From the NCBI GenBank assembly GCA_027251445.1, contig JAPNQO010000089.1:1-31248 (forward strand): a DNA stretch of 31,248 bases. Reading direction: 5' to 3'. Both the position numbers and the translations under genes were made by a program. Positions within the stretch are counted from its first letter, which is position 1. The number at the start of each line of letters is the position of its first letter. This stretch comes from Fidelibacterota bacterium (GTDB lineage: Bacteria; Fidelibacterota; Marinisomatia; Marinisomatales; TCS55). Shown here piece by piece: positions 16,668-26,284 of the stretch. The notes under the pieces are model-generated. The model was not told the origin of the DNA, did no database searches, and saw only the letters and a list, made by a program, of their open reading frames with translations.

Positions 16668-18053
16668 TTATCCTTGCCAAGGGCCAGTAATTGCAAGAGT
16701 AAATCCAGGTAGTTGTATGTTAACAAATAGTATTGATCCATCTGGCGAGAAAACACCTCCCGCAAATTCTTTACTATTTAAAGCATTTTTAGCCAATTTA
16801 TAAATAGTGCCATCAGGCTGAATACCAAGTAAATAATCAGTGCCTTTACCATCTTCGCAAATAATCATATCTCCCCATGGCGCAACGGTTATATTGTCAC
16901 ACATATCCATAATTTCACTATCTTGTGGTTCTACCAATAATTTTAGTTTACCAGGGTTATTATTTTCATTGTTTTTACCTTCGCTTGGGCTAGGTGTGTA
17001 TATGAATAATTGACCTAGTTTCTTTTTACCTCCATTTGTACAAGTAAAATAAACTTTCCCTTTATCAAACCACATTCCTTCTCCGCGTGCAAAGATAGCG
17101 GCTCCATTTTTTGCGCCTCTAAATCTTAAGTCATTTTCTGGACTTTCAACATCATCAAGGGTGATCCATTCAACATCATGTAGCTCATTTAATAAAATTT
17201 TATTCTTTTTCCAATTTCGAGTGTCCATTGAAGGTTCTGATTTAAAACAAAGTGCTTGTAAAATTCCGCCCTTATGAAATTTGCCTTTCACATTTGGTAT
17301 AAAACGATAAATAAGCCCATTACCTTCATCTTCCGTTTGGTAAGCAATACCCGTATCTGGATCTATCGCAACCGCTTCGTGAGAAAAACGACCCATGCTC
17401 CTTAGTGGAACAGGTTTGGTCAATTTAGGTGTTTCTGATACTGGGACTTCAAAATTATAGCCATGATCCTTTTTCCAATCTTCTCCAGCCTGTATTTCAG
17501 TCTCTTCACAGCTTATCCAGCTTCTCCATGGGGTAGGGCCACCACTACAGTTAATAGTTGTCCCTGCTAGTGATAGAAATTGTCTAACAACTTTTTTTTG
17601 TAAAGGATCATATACAATTGTGGTAGTACCTCCTTGCCCGGGAATTCCATTGTTTCCACTATCATAGAGTAATTTTTTATCCACTTTATTAATAAGCTCA
17701 AGATTAGCACCAAATGGCCCACCTAATAAATGAGATTCACCTTTTAGTTCATGATTACGAATTATTATAAGGTTTCCATTTGACCCACTAAATACAGCCA
17801 TGCCATCATGAGCAGCAGGAACGAGTAGTCCATCATCCATTGTTTCATTGTATTGCGAGAACATCGTATAGGAAAAACCTTTGGGTAAATCCAAAATTCC
17901 ATTCGGATCTTTTATTAATGGTCCATATCCTTTATTATTATTTTGATCAACTAATTGATTAATAGTTGATGTATTAGCTAATGCTCGCCCAAATCCTGAA
18001 AATGCAATTGAAAAAGCTCCGAACTGTTTTATAAAATGGCGTCTATTAACCAT
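16668..18053 (-). CDS. phoX: Tat-exported alkaline phosphatase PhoX family
   Basis: Twin-arginine signal NRRHFIK, plus HDGM, RNHE, NCSGGPTPW.SWISCEE, MGRFSHEA, YQTED, RGEG, CDN, ICED, EFAG and VNIQ motifs. Confidence 0.92.
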   Translation of the reverse strand: MVNRRHFIKQFGAFSIAFSGFGRALANTSTINQLVDQNNNKGYGPLIKDPNGILDLPKGFSYTMFSQYNETMDDGLLVPAAHDGMAVFSGSNGNLIIIRNHELKGESHLLGGPFGANLELINKVDKKLLYDSGNNGIPGQGGTTTIVYDPLQKKVVRQFLSLAGTTINCSGGPTPWRSWISCEETEIQAGEDWKKDHGYNFEVPVSETPKLTKPVPLRSMGRFSHEAVAIDPDTGIAYQTEDEGNGLIYRFIPNVKGKFHKGGILQALCFKSEPSMDTRNWKKNKILLNELHDVEWITLDDVESPENDLRFRGAKNGAAIFARGEGMWFDKGKVYFTCTNGGKKKLGQLFIYTPSPSEGKNNENNNPGKLKLLVEPQDSEIMDMCDNITVAPWGDMIICEDGKGTDYLLGIQPDGTIYKLAKNALNSKEFAGGVFSPDGSILFVNIQLPGFTLAITGPWQG

Positions 18054-18058
18054 GTTTT

Positions 18059-20407
18059 TTAATTACGTAGTGGCTTGCCCTTTTTTAACATAAAACGTAT
18101 TCGATCTTGCGATAACTTTTCGCCTGCAAGTGAAACAAATGCTTCACGTTCGATATCCAGCAAATACTGCTCATCAACAGATTTTGTTAGACCAGCTTTT
18201 TCACCACCAGTTAAGACATAAGCTAGTTTATTTGCAATCACTTCATCGTGTGCAGAGATCTTTCCTTGTGCTTTTAGTCCTTTTACTACTGTGGCTATAG
18301 CTGTTCTTCCACCTGCGCCAGGTAGTTTTAAATCGTCACGATATTTGGGAGGTTTATATCCTTCAATTAATTCAAGAGCTTTTTGTTTTGCAGCCCAAAT
18401 GCGATGATCATTATTTAATATTATTGTATCTGATTTCAATAGATATCCTAGGTGTTTTGCTTCTTCAGCACTTGTCGCGACCTTAGCAAACCCAACTGTT
18501 TCAAATGCTTTTTGAACAACTTGAAATGCATTCATCCTGCCACTACTATTTGAGTTTTCCATTAAATTTAATAATATACGCAAGTTTCCACCTGCACCTG
18601 GTATAAGCCCAACGCCAACTTCAACGGCTCCTATATACAGCTCTCCAAGAGCAATTCTATGAGAAGCTGGTGCAACCAATTCAAATCCTCCGCCTAATGC
18701 AAGATGAAAAGGAGCTGTGACAATTGGTGATTCAAAAAAGCGCATTCTTTGTGTTACGTCTTGAAGAATTTTTGTTCTTTCTCCAATTATTTCATAATCA
18801 TTGCTTTCACAATATTGAATTATTCCATTTAGATTTGCCCCTGCGCAAAAGTTGATCCCCTGGTGTCCAACTACCATTGCTTTAAATTTCCCTGCTTCGA
18901 CTAGATCCAATCCATCTACTAGAGTTTGAATCATAGAACCATCAATTGGATTCAAAGTTGATTGTAATATTGAGTGAAATTCGCAACATAAAACTCCATC
19001 ACCAATATCAACTAAACTAGCACTCCATCCATTTTTGACAAGATTTCCTTTAGCTTTTTCTGTTATCAGATTTAGTGATTTATTTTTTAATACCTGTGGT
19101 TCCATTGATTTACTATTGAAGTCAAAAAATGTTTTCTTCCCACTATCAAAATCATGAAATGTTTTTTGTCCAGATTCTATCATATCAGATACCCATTGCG
19201 GAACAGCCTTACCTTCTGATGTCATGCGTTCAACTGAGTTTTCTACTCCTATGGCATCCCATGCTTCAAAGGGGCCTAGTTCCCATCCATAGCCCCATTT
19301 CATTGCATTATCTACATTAACAATATCATCACTGATCTCAGGTAAACGATTTGCAGCATAAATAAGCGAGTCAGAGGTTACTTCCCAAAAATACTTCCCA
19401 GCTTTATCGCCACTCATTGCCAATGCTTTTAATCTTTCACCAACATTTTGGCGATCTTTTGCTAAGCGAAAGCCATCAAACTTTACTCGTTTTTGAGGAC
19501 CATATTCACCTGTTTTAAGGTCAACTGAAAGTATCCCGTCATCTGTTTTTTTATAGAAACCAGCTTTAGTTTTTTGTCCTAATCTTCCCGAATCAATAAG
19601 TAATTGAAGGATTTCAGGTGCCTTTAAAACTTCCCTAGCTTCATCATCGGGTAAATTATTATAGCTTGTTGCTGATACATTAGCGTGCACATCTAAGCCT
19701 ACTATATCAGTGGTACGAAAGACGCCACTTTTTGGTCGACCAACAATAGTTCCTGATAATTTATCTACTTCTTCACAGGTTAATCCCATTTTAATTGCTA
19801 AACGTATAGCATTATTTCCACCATGTACACCTATACGATTTCCAATAAAATTAGGTGTATCTTTTGCATGGACAATTCCTTTTCCTAAAATATCTTCTCC
19901 AAATATTGACATGTCGTTATAAATATCATCTGCAGTGTCAGGTCCCTTTACAAGCTCTAATAATCTCATATATCTTGGAGGGTTAAAAAAGTGTGTAATT
20001 AAAAATCTACTTTTCAAATCATCAGACATTACTTGCGTCAAATCTCCTAACGGTATTCCAGATGTATTAGAACTAATAATTGCAGAGCCTTTTATGTATT
20101 GTGCAATATTTTTGTATACTTTATGTTTTATATCAAGATTTTCAGCAACTGCTTCAACAATCCAATCAACATCCTTAATTTTTTCAAGATGGTCATCATA
20201 ATTACATGCTTCTATTAATGAGGCATTTTTAGGTTTATAAAGTGGCGCAGGCTTTAGCGATGTGAGCATTCCAACTCCGTTTTCCGCAAGTTCTTGTGAA
20301 ATATCAAACAAGCAAGATGGTATGCCTGCATTTGCTAGGTGACCAGCAATCTGTGCTCCCATTGTTCCTGCTCCCAATACAGCAACTTTTTCAATTTTAT
20401 TTTTCAT
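18059..20407 (-). CDS. fadN: 3-hydroxyacyl-CoA dehydrogenase / enoyl-CoA hydratase fusion (FadN-type domain order)
   Basis: N-terminal GAGTMG, SSNTSG, HFFNPP and PNFIGNR. C-terminal crotonase with FCAGANL, LGGGFE and EVGVGLIPGAGG. Ends KPLRN. Confidence 0.88.
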   Translation of the reverse strand: MKNKIEKVAVLGAGTMGAQIAGHLANAGIPSCLFDISQELAENGVGMLTSLKPAPLYKPKNASLIEACNYDDHLEKIKDVDWIVEAVAENLDIKHKVYKNIAQYIKGSAIISSNTSGIPLGDLTQVMSDDLKSRFLITHFFNPPRYMRLLELVKGPDTADDIYNDMSIFGEDILGKGIVHAKDTPNFIGNRIGVHGGNNAIRLAIKMGLTCEEVDKLSGTIVGRPKSGVFRTTDIVGLDVHANVSATSYNNLPDDEAREVLKAPEILQLLIDSGRLGQKTKAGFYKKTDDGILSVDLKTGEYGPQKRVKFDGFRLAKDRQNVGERLKALAMSGDKAGKYFWEVTSDSLIYAANRLPEISDDIVNVDNAMKWGYGWELGPFEAWDAIGVENSVERMTSEGKAVPQWVSDMIESGQKTFHDFDSGKKTFFDFNSKSMEPQVLKNKSLNLITEKAKGNLVKNGWSASLVDIGDGVLCCEFHSILQSTLNPIDGSMIQTLVDGLDLVEAGKFKAMVVGHQGINFCAGANLNGIIQYCESNDYEIIGERTKILQDVTQRMRFFESPIVTAPFHLALGGGFELVAPASHRIALGELYIGAVEVGVGLIPGAGGNLRILLNLMENSNSSGRMNAFQVVQKAFETVGFAKVATSAEEAKHLGYLLKSDTIILNNDHRIWAAKQKALELIEGYKPPKYRDDLKLPGAGGRTAIATVVKGLKAQGKISAHDEVIANKLAYVLTGGEKAGLTKSVDEQYLLDIEREAFVSLAGEKLSQDRIRFMLKKGKPLRN

Positions 20408-20422
20408 ATTATCCTCAGATTA

Positions 20423-21550
20423 TTAACGCTTAATTACAGTTGCAATTCCTTGTCCACTTCCAATACACATGGTTGCTAGTCCAATATTAGTATCTTGCTG
20501 TTCCATTACATTTAAAAGTGTTGTAATGATTCGAGCTCCAGAGCAACCTAAGGGATGCCCTAAAGCTATAGCGCCGCCGTTTAAATTGACTTTGTTCTCA
20601 TCCCAACCACCTTTGCGAATAACATATAAGGCTTGGGCTGCAAATGCTTCATTTAATTCAATTGTTTCAACATCATCTATAGTAAGGTTTGCTTTTTTTA
20701 ATGCTTTTTCTACTGCAGGAAGTGGGCCCATGCCCATACGATCCCAATGTACACCAGAAACTGCTCGAGAAACAAATTCTGCTCTAGTTTTAAGACCATT
20801 TTGAGATGCGAAATCTTCACTTGCAACTAGTACAGCAGATGCTCCGACTGATATAGGGCTACTTGTAGCTGCGGTGATGGTTCCGCCTTCAACAAATGCC
20901 GGGTTTAAACTTTTAATTTTTTCTACATCTGGTTCCCTTGGTCCATCATCTTTTTCTACTGTGCATTCTCCGTACTTATCAATAGGAATTATTTCATTTT
21001 TAAAATTTCCTTCTTCTATTGCCCCTAAAGCTTTCTTGTGTGAGCTAATAGCAAACTCTTCCTGTTCTTCTCTGGAAATATTTAAATCATTTGCTAAGTT
21101 TTCAGCCGTTTCTCCCATTCCAATATAGAATTCCTGTTCTGCCAGTTCAGGATGAAAATCAGGTGCAAAACCTCCCATCGGCACAGAAAACATATCTTCA
21201 ACTCCAGCAGCAATTCCTAAATCTATATCTCCACTTTCAATAGCAGTACTAACTTGGTGAGCAGCATCCATTGATGATCCACAAAATCTATTTACCACTT
21301 TTCCAGTTGATTCTATAGGAAGGCCAGCAAGAACACCAACAGATTTGCCAATAATATGTCCTTGAGGACCCTCGGGGTATGCGCATCCCACAATTACATC
21401 TTCTACCATTTTAGAATCCACAGAATCATTTCTATTTAATAATCCTTTTACAACTTGACCTGCAAGATCATCAGGACGAATACCAATCATTGGGCCATTT
21501 TTTAAGCCAATTGGTGATCGTACTGCATCGATTATAACTGATTTACTCAT
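20423..21550 (-). CDS. fadA: Acetyl-CoA acyltransferase (thiolase)
   Basis: NRFCGSS, ELNEAFA, GGAIALGHPLG and CIGSGQG motifs. Confidence 0.92.
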   Translation of the reverse strand: MSKSVIIDAVRSPIGLKNGPMIGIRPDDLAGQVVKGLLNRNDSVDSKMVEDVIVGCAYPEGPQGHIIGKSVGVLAGLPIESTGKVVNRFCGSSMDAAHQVSTAIESGDIDLGIAAGVEDMFSVPMGGFAPDFHPELAEQEFYIGMGETAENLANDLNISREEQEEFAISSHKKALGAIEEGNFKNEIIPIDKYGECTVEKDDGPREPDVEKIKSLNPAFVEGGTITAATSSPISVGASAVLVASEDFASQNGLKTRAEFVSRAVSGVHWDRMGMGPLPAVEKALKKANLTIDDVETIELNEAFAAQALYVIRKGGWDENKVNLNGGAIALGHPLGCSGARIITTLLNVMEQQDTNIGLATMCIGSGQGIATVIKR

Positions 21551-21559
21551 TATTAACTC

Positions 21560-23347
21560 CTAGTAAGAATAACCATTTTTAGTATATGCATAATCTGCAA
21601 CTTTAGTTTTTAAACCAATGGTATTTGTTTGTAAATACATCCTGTTACGAAATGAATTTAATTTTTCAAGACTGACAGGATCTAAGCTTCCGTTATAAAT
21701 TGCTTTTAGTGCTTTTTCTGCATCCGGAATCATTCTTTGGCTCATTTCTGCAACAAATATTTTTGCTATATCTTCAACGCTATGATGCGTATTGGGATTT
21801 GTAAGCATTTTCTTTGCTCTCAGGATTGTGCTCTCAGCTACATAAATATCCATGAAAATATTAGCTAAGATATCTGCTACTTGTTGTTGATGTTTCAAGT
21901 CCTGACCAAATTTGCATAATCCTTCATCTAATAAGAATAGCGCCAGTCTTTTTGCAGTTTCAACAACATTACTTTCTGATAATAGAGTACCGTTATCGTC
22001 TTTTAATTCACCATTACTCATAAACTTATCAATATCACGAATAGCTTGTTGAACTGGAAGTTCTTCCATAAGAGATTTTTTCATGATATATCCAGTGATA
22101 ATCTGGCGATTTATTTCATTTGTGCCTTCCCAGATGCGATCGATTCGGGAATCACGATATAGCCTTGCCATGTCGTATTCTTCTATGAATCCATAGCCAC
22201 CCATCATTTGTAACCCGCTATCAATGACCTTGCCATTCTGTTCACTACAATACACCTTAGCCATGGAGGTTTCAATAGCATATTTTTCCATTGCATTTCC
22301 CATCATGATATAATAGTTGGGATCTGTCTTATCAAGTTCATCAACTGCATCCTGGATCATGCCAACTGTTCTATAGGTCATACAATCAGCAGAAAATGTC
22401 CCAACGATCATATCGGCAACTTTTCCCATAGTAGTATCAAATTGTGCAATTGGTTTACCAAATTGACGTCTTTCCATAATATATTCAATAGAGGCGTTTG
22501 TAGTTAACTTTAAACCGCCGAGCAATGAGGCAGCCATCTTAAAACGGCCCATATTCAATACATTAAAGGCGATGTGGTGACCTTTACCAACTTCGTAAAG
22601 GAGGTTTTCAACAGGAACCTTAGCATCTTGAAAGATTAAAGGGGTTGTAGAGGATCCTCTCATTCCCATTTTATCATATTCAGGTCCTTGCGTAAAACCA
22701 GGAGTATCTCTTTCCACAATAAAAGCAGTAAACTTTTCTCCATCTACTTTAGCAAATACTGTATATACATCTGCCCATCCACCATTGGTAATAAATACCT
22801 TTTCACCATTTAATATATAGTGTTTTCCATCATCAGAAAGTACAGCAGTCGTTTTTGCGGAGAGAGCATCTGATCCTGCTGATGGTTCAGTTAAACCGTA
22901 GGCACCAATAGATGTACCATCTATCAATCTTGGTAAATATTTTTCTTTTTGCGCAGGAGTGCCAAACCATACAATTGGTAATGATCCGATACCTAAATTT
23001 GTGGACCAGGTAACAACAAAAGATGAGCATTCAGAATAAGAGGAGGATTCGGCAACTATTGCTCCTGTTATTTTATCTAATTCCATACCGCCATATTCTT
23101 CAGGGACTTCAACACCCATAAGGCCTAACTCACCTACTTTTTTTAATAATGAGAATGTGAGTTCTTTATCCTTTTTTTCCAGTTGATTTTTAACTGGAGC
23201 AACCGCTTCTTTACAAAAACCTTTAACCATTGATTCAATTTCTTTGTGTTCATCGGTAAAGTCCTCGCGTGAAAAAATTGTTGACTCGTTAATAGGGGTA
23301 GTTAAAAAACTGCCACCAGTAATTTTGTTTAAAGTATCTTGTTTCAT
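21560..23347 (-). CDS. fadE: Long-chain acyl-CoA dehydrogenase
   Basis: LTEPSAGSD, NGEKVFITNG, KMGMRGS, RRQFG, GGYGF and RIWEGTNEINR, plus the C-terminal extension of ~590-aa ACADs. Confidence 0.9.
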   Translation of the reverse strand: MKQDTLNKITGGSFLTTPINESTIFSREDFTDEHKEIESMVKGFCKEAVAPVKNQLEKKDKELTFSLLKKVGELGLMGVEVPEEYGGMELDKITGAIVAESSSYSECSSFVVTWSTNLGIGSLPIVWFGTPAQKEKYLPRLIDGTSIGAYGLTEPSAGSDALSAKTTAVLSDDGKHYILNGEKVFITNGGWADVYTVFAKVDGEKFTAFIVERDTPGFTQGPEYDKMGMRGSSTTPLIFQDAKVPVENLLYEVGKGHHIAFNVLNMGRFKMAASLLGGLKLTTNASIEYIMERRQFGKPIAQFDTTMGKVADMIVGTFSADCMTYRTVGMIQDAVDELDKTDPNYYIMMGNAMEKYAIETSMAKVYCSEQNGKVIDSGLQMMGGYGFIEEYDMARLYRDSRIDRIWEGTNEINRQIITGYIMKKSLMEELPVQQAIRDIDKFMSNGELKDDNGTLLSESNVVETAKRLALFLLDEGLCKFGQDLKHQQQVADILANIFMDIYVAESTILRAKKMLTNPNTHHSVEDIAKIFVAEMSQRMIPDAEKALKAIYNGSLDPVSLEKLNSFRNRMYLQTNTIGLKTKVADYAYTKNGYSY

Positions 23348-23367
23348 TTATTTAACTCCTTTAATAA

Positions 23368-23964
23368 TTATTTTTTCTTTGATAGACCCGCAAGAATGAA
23401 ATCTCCTAGAGTATTAAAATATTCTCTAGCACTGACACCATGTCCATCAAAAAGCGTGAACCAGTTAATCGTTTCTATATTCATCATAATGGATAATGCG
23501 GCGATTCTTGTATTAACATTTTTAAATTCTCCTGAACTCTTTCCATTAGCAATAATTGATTCAATTACATCTAAAAATGCAGCATATACTTTTTGCAGTT
23601 TATCATGAAAGTCATCATCTTTCTGCGCCATAGACCAAAATTCGGTTAAGGCTTTAAACGGTTCAGGATCCTTTTCATACTCATCAATAAAATAATTCAA
23701 TATTCTTTTTAACTGGAGGGAAGCTTTCTGATCTTTTTCCATTATTTTAGCAACCATATCGCTGTATCGCAGGACCCAATAGTTTACAAGATCTAAATAG
23801 AGATCTTTTTTACTATTATAATACCAATAGATTGCGCCTTTACTCATATTGGATGATTTTACTACATCATCCATGCGACTATTCTCATAACCATTTTGAG
23901 TAATGACTTTCATTGCAGCATCCAAAATTTGATTTTTCTTTAAATCTTGTTTTATAGTGTTCAT
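23368..23964 (-). CDS. TetR/AcrR-family regulator of the beta-oxidation operon
   Basis: N-terminal HTH ILDAA..GY...MDDV...SKGAIYWYYNSKKDL. First gene of the fad operon. Confidence 0.92.
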   Translation of the reverse strand: MNTIKQDLKKNQILDAAMKVITQNGYENSRMDDVVKSSNMSKGAIYWYYNSKKDLYLDLVNYWVLRYSDMVAKIMEKDQKASLQLKRILNYFIDEYEKDPEPFKALTEFWSMAQKDDDFHDKLQKVYAAFLDVIESIIANGKSSGEFKNVNTRIAALSIMMNIETINWFTLFDGHGVSAREYFNTLGDFILAGLSKKK

Positions 23965-23993
23965 AAAATAAACCGACTGGTCGGTCTATTTTA
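23964..23993. promoter_or_regulatory. Palindromic TetR operator
   Basis: TAAAATAAACCGAC-TG-GTCGGTCTATTTTA, with 13 of 14 arm positions complementary. Abuts the tetR start codon and overlaps the -10. Confidence 0.8.
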
Positions 23994-24016
23994 AAAGATG
24001 TTCATTATTTTCGCAA
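23988..24016 (-). promoter_or_regulatory. Sigma70-type promoter of tetR-fad operon
   Basis: TTGCGA (24016-24011), 17-nt spacer, TAAAAT (23993-23988). Confidence 0.65.
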
Positions 24017-24082
24017 GAAAATTAATTATGTCTTAAAGTATTCAAAGAATTACATTTATAGTATTAAAGTGAAAGCACAATA

Positions 24083-24325
24083 ATGATTCGGATAATTAAA
24101 ATAATTATAACATTTTTATTAATTTTGCCAATTAAATGTTATCAAGTAATACTATCTCCATTATTTCCACAATCTTGTAGATTTACTCCAACATGCTCAA
24201 ACTATTTTATCGAAGCTATAAAAAAATTAGGTCCCATATACGGATTCTGGTTTGGTATAAAACGTATTAGTAAATGTCACCCTTGGGGCGAGTATGGTTA
24301 TGATCCAGTTCCAGATAAAAAATAA
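24083..24325 (+). CDS. yidD: Membrane protein insertion efficiency factor
   Basis: [27 protein letters not shown] and YDPVP motifs. Confidence 0.93.
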   Translation: MIRIIKIIITFLLILPIKCYQVILSPLFPQSCRFTPTCSNYFIEAIKKLGPIYGFWFGIKRISKCHPWGEYGYDPVPDKK

Positions 24326-24351
24326 TACGTTCTTAGGTTTAATTACGATTG

Positions 24352-24380
24352 TTGATTAACCCAAAAGCAAAATGTATCTT
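24352..24380 (+). promoter_or_regulatory. Sigma70-type promoter, probably giving a leaderless transcript
   Basis: TTGATT, 17-nt spacer, TATCTT, then 5 nt to the GTG at 24386. Confidence 0.5.
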
Positions 24381-24385
24381 TAATA

Positions 24386-24721
24386 GTGCGCATTTATTAT
24401 ATTTTAATTATGATTGCATTATCATGTTCAACTACACCTGTGCCTGTTCCTGAAACGCCAACAAAGATTTCTCATCCATCTTTGGATATGTCTTCGCCGC
24501 TTTCAGAGGGAATTATAAACCAGTATGATGTTTGGCAGTTCCTAAAACAAAACCCTGAAGAGTCAGAAGTATTTGATTTATTAGGCTTGCCAGATTCAGT
24601 ATGGACTTCAGATGATCAGAAATATAAAGTATTATATTATTATGTTGAATTTCTAGATGATTATAATTCTGTAGAAATAAATGTAAAAAGCATGACAGTT
24701 AATAGTTTTGAATGGGATTAA
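24386..24721 (+). CDS. Hypothetical lipoprotein
   Basis: Short signal peptide with ALS-C lipobox and a Pro-rich linker. EVFDLLGLPD resembles BamE/SmpA-like folds (weak). Confidence 0.7.
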   Translation: MRIYYILIMIALSCSTTPVPVPETPTKISHPSLDMSSPLSEGIINQYDVWQFLKQNPEESEVFDLLGLPDSVWTSDDQKYKVLYYYVEFLDDYNSVEINVKSMTVNSFEWD

Positions 24722-24738
24722 AGAAAAAATAAAAAAGT

Positions 24739-25527
24739 ATGAAAATTGATCTAACAGGTAAAACAGCTCTTGTATGTGGCAGCACGCAAGGTATTGGTAA
24801 AGAATCTGCTATACAATTAGCAAAAAGTGGCGCACGAGTTATTCTTGCTGCTAGAAATGAAAAGAAACTTCAGACAGTTAAGCAAGAACTGGATGTAATT
24901 AATCAACAGAAAAATGATTTTATTTGCGCAGATTTTGATAATTATGAATTTTTATCTTCTCAGGTTAAAGAATTCATATCCAACAAAAATATTATTCATA
25001 TACTAGTTAATAATTCTGGCGGACCTGACCCAGGATCCTTAATTGAATCAAGTCCCAAACAATTTATTGATGGTTTTAATAGACACTTAATTAATAATCA
25101 AAATCTTTCAATGCTTTTATTCCCTGGTATGAAATCCAGCTCTTATGGAAGAATTATAAATGTTATATCTATATCTGTTAAGCAGCCTATCCCTGATCTT
25201 GGGGTTTCTAATACAATTAGAGGTGCAGTTGCAAGCTGGGCAAAAACTTTATCATATGAAGTTGCGCCTTTTGGTATAACGGTTAATAATATTTTACCGG
25301 GTTTAACTGATACGGTTAGATTAAGAACTTTAATCGAGAGTATTGCAAAAAAGAATAATCGCTCAATTAAAGAGGTTACCAAAGAGATGGAAAGTTCTAT
25401 ACCTTCAAAAAGATTTGCACACCCTCGAGAGACTGCAGCTGCAATCGTTTTTCTAGCCTCTGAGCAAGCTGAGTATATAAATGGAATTAGTTTGCCAGTT
25501 GATGGTGGCAAAACTCAATCCCTTTAA
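24739..25527 (+). CDS. Short-chain dehydrogenase/reductase (FabG-like subgroup)
   Basis: CGSTQGIG, LVNNSGG, GRIINV, ITVNNILPG and YINGISLPVDGG motifs. The active-site position reads SNTIR rather than YxxxK. Confidence 0.9.
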   Translation: MKIDLTGKTALVCGSTQGIGKESAIQLAKSGARVILAARNEKKLQTVKQELDVINQQKNDFICADFDNYEFLSSQVKEFISNKNIIHILVNNSGGPDPGSLIESSPKQFIDGFNRHLINNQNLSMLLFPGMKSSSYGRIINVISISVKQPIPDLGVSNTIRGAVASWAKTLSYEVAPFGITVNNILPGLTDTVRLRTLIESIAKKNNRSIKEVTKEMESSIPSKRFAHPRETAAAIVFLASEQAEYINGISLPVDGGKTQSL

Positions 25528-25579
25528 TTCAAAGCACCCCGTCAATTATATAATTTTTTAAATTTTATTGTATTGTGAG

Positions 25580-25608
25580 TTGAACAAGCTGCTAGCATAT
25601 ATTAAACT
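25580..25608 (+). promoter_or_regulatory. Sigma70-type promoter for rpe-tkt-rpiB
   Basis: TTGAAC, 17-nt spacer, TAAACT, 10 nt before the rpe ATG. Confidence 0.5.
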
Positions 25609-25618
25609 TAAAGTCTAA

Positions 25619-26284
25619 ATGACTCCCTTTAATTATAAGTTAGCCCCATCAGTCTTATCTGCAGATTTTGGTGATTTGCGCGGTGCGATGGATATATGTC
25701 AAAAAGGTGGAGCACATTGGATTCATATTGATGTTATGGATAATCAATTTGTACCAAACCTTACTATTGGCCCACCTGTCGTAAAATCTTTAAGAAAATA
25801 CACGGATAAATTTTTAGATGTTCATATGATGGTAGTAGAACCTGAAAAGTTAGTGGAGCCTTTTGCTAGAGCAGGAGCCGATGGTATAACATTTCATGTT
25901 GAAGCTGCAGAAAATCCAAATGAAGTAATTGATCTTATAAAATCTACTGGTAAACAAGTAGGAATTTCATTAAAGCCAGGAACCCCTCTTTCTTCAATTG
26001 AGCCGTTCCTTGATAAAGTTGATTTAGTTTTAATAATGACTGTAGAGCCTGGTTTTGGAGGTCAAGGTTATCTACCAGGTTCATCAGATAGAATTAAAAA
26101 ATTAAAATCACGATTAAATGAAATGTGTCTTGATAGAGTACTTATTGAAGTAGATGGTGGTGTAAAATTGAATAATATGAAAGAAGTAGTTGAAGCAGGA
26201 GCAGATGTTTTAGTTGCTGGATCAGCAGTTTTTGGAGTAAAAGATCCTGTCCAAACAATTAAGGATTTTTATGCCCTCAAATAA
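25619..26284 (+). CDS. rpe: Ribulose-phosphate 3-epimerase
   Basis: APSVLSAD, HIDVMD..FVPN, DVHMM, HVE, MTVEPGFGGQ, EVDGG and VAGSAVF motifs. Confidence 0.96.
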   Translation: MTPFNYKLAPSVLSADFGDLRGAMDICQKGGAHWIHIDVMDNQFVPNLTIGPPVVKSLRKYTDKFLDVHMMVVEPEKLVEPFARAGADGITFHVEAAENPNEVIDLIKSTGKQVGISLKPGTPLSSIEPFLDKVDLVLIMTVEPGFGGQGYLPGSSDRIKKLKSRLNEMCLDRVLIEVDGGVKLNNMKEVVEAGADVLVAGSAVFGVKDPVQTIKDFYALK

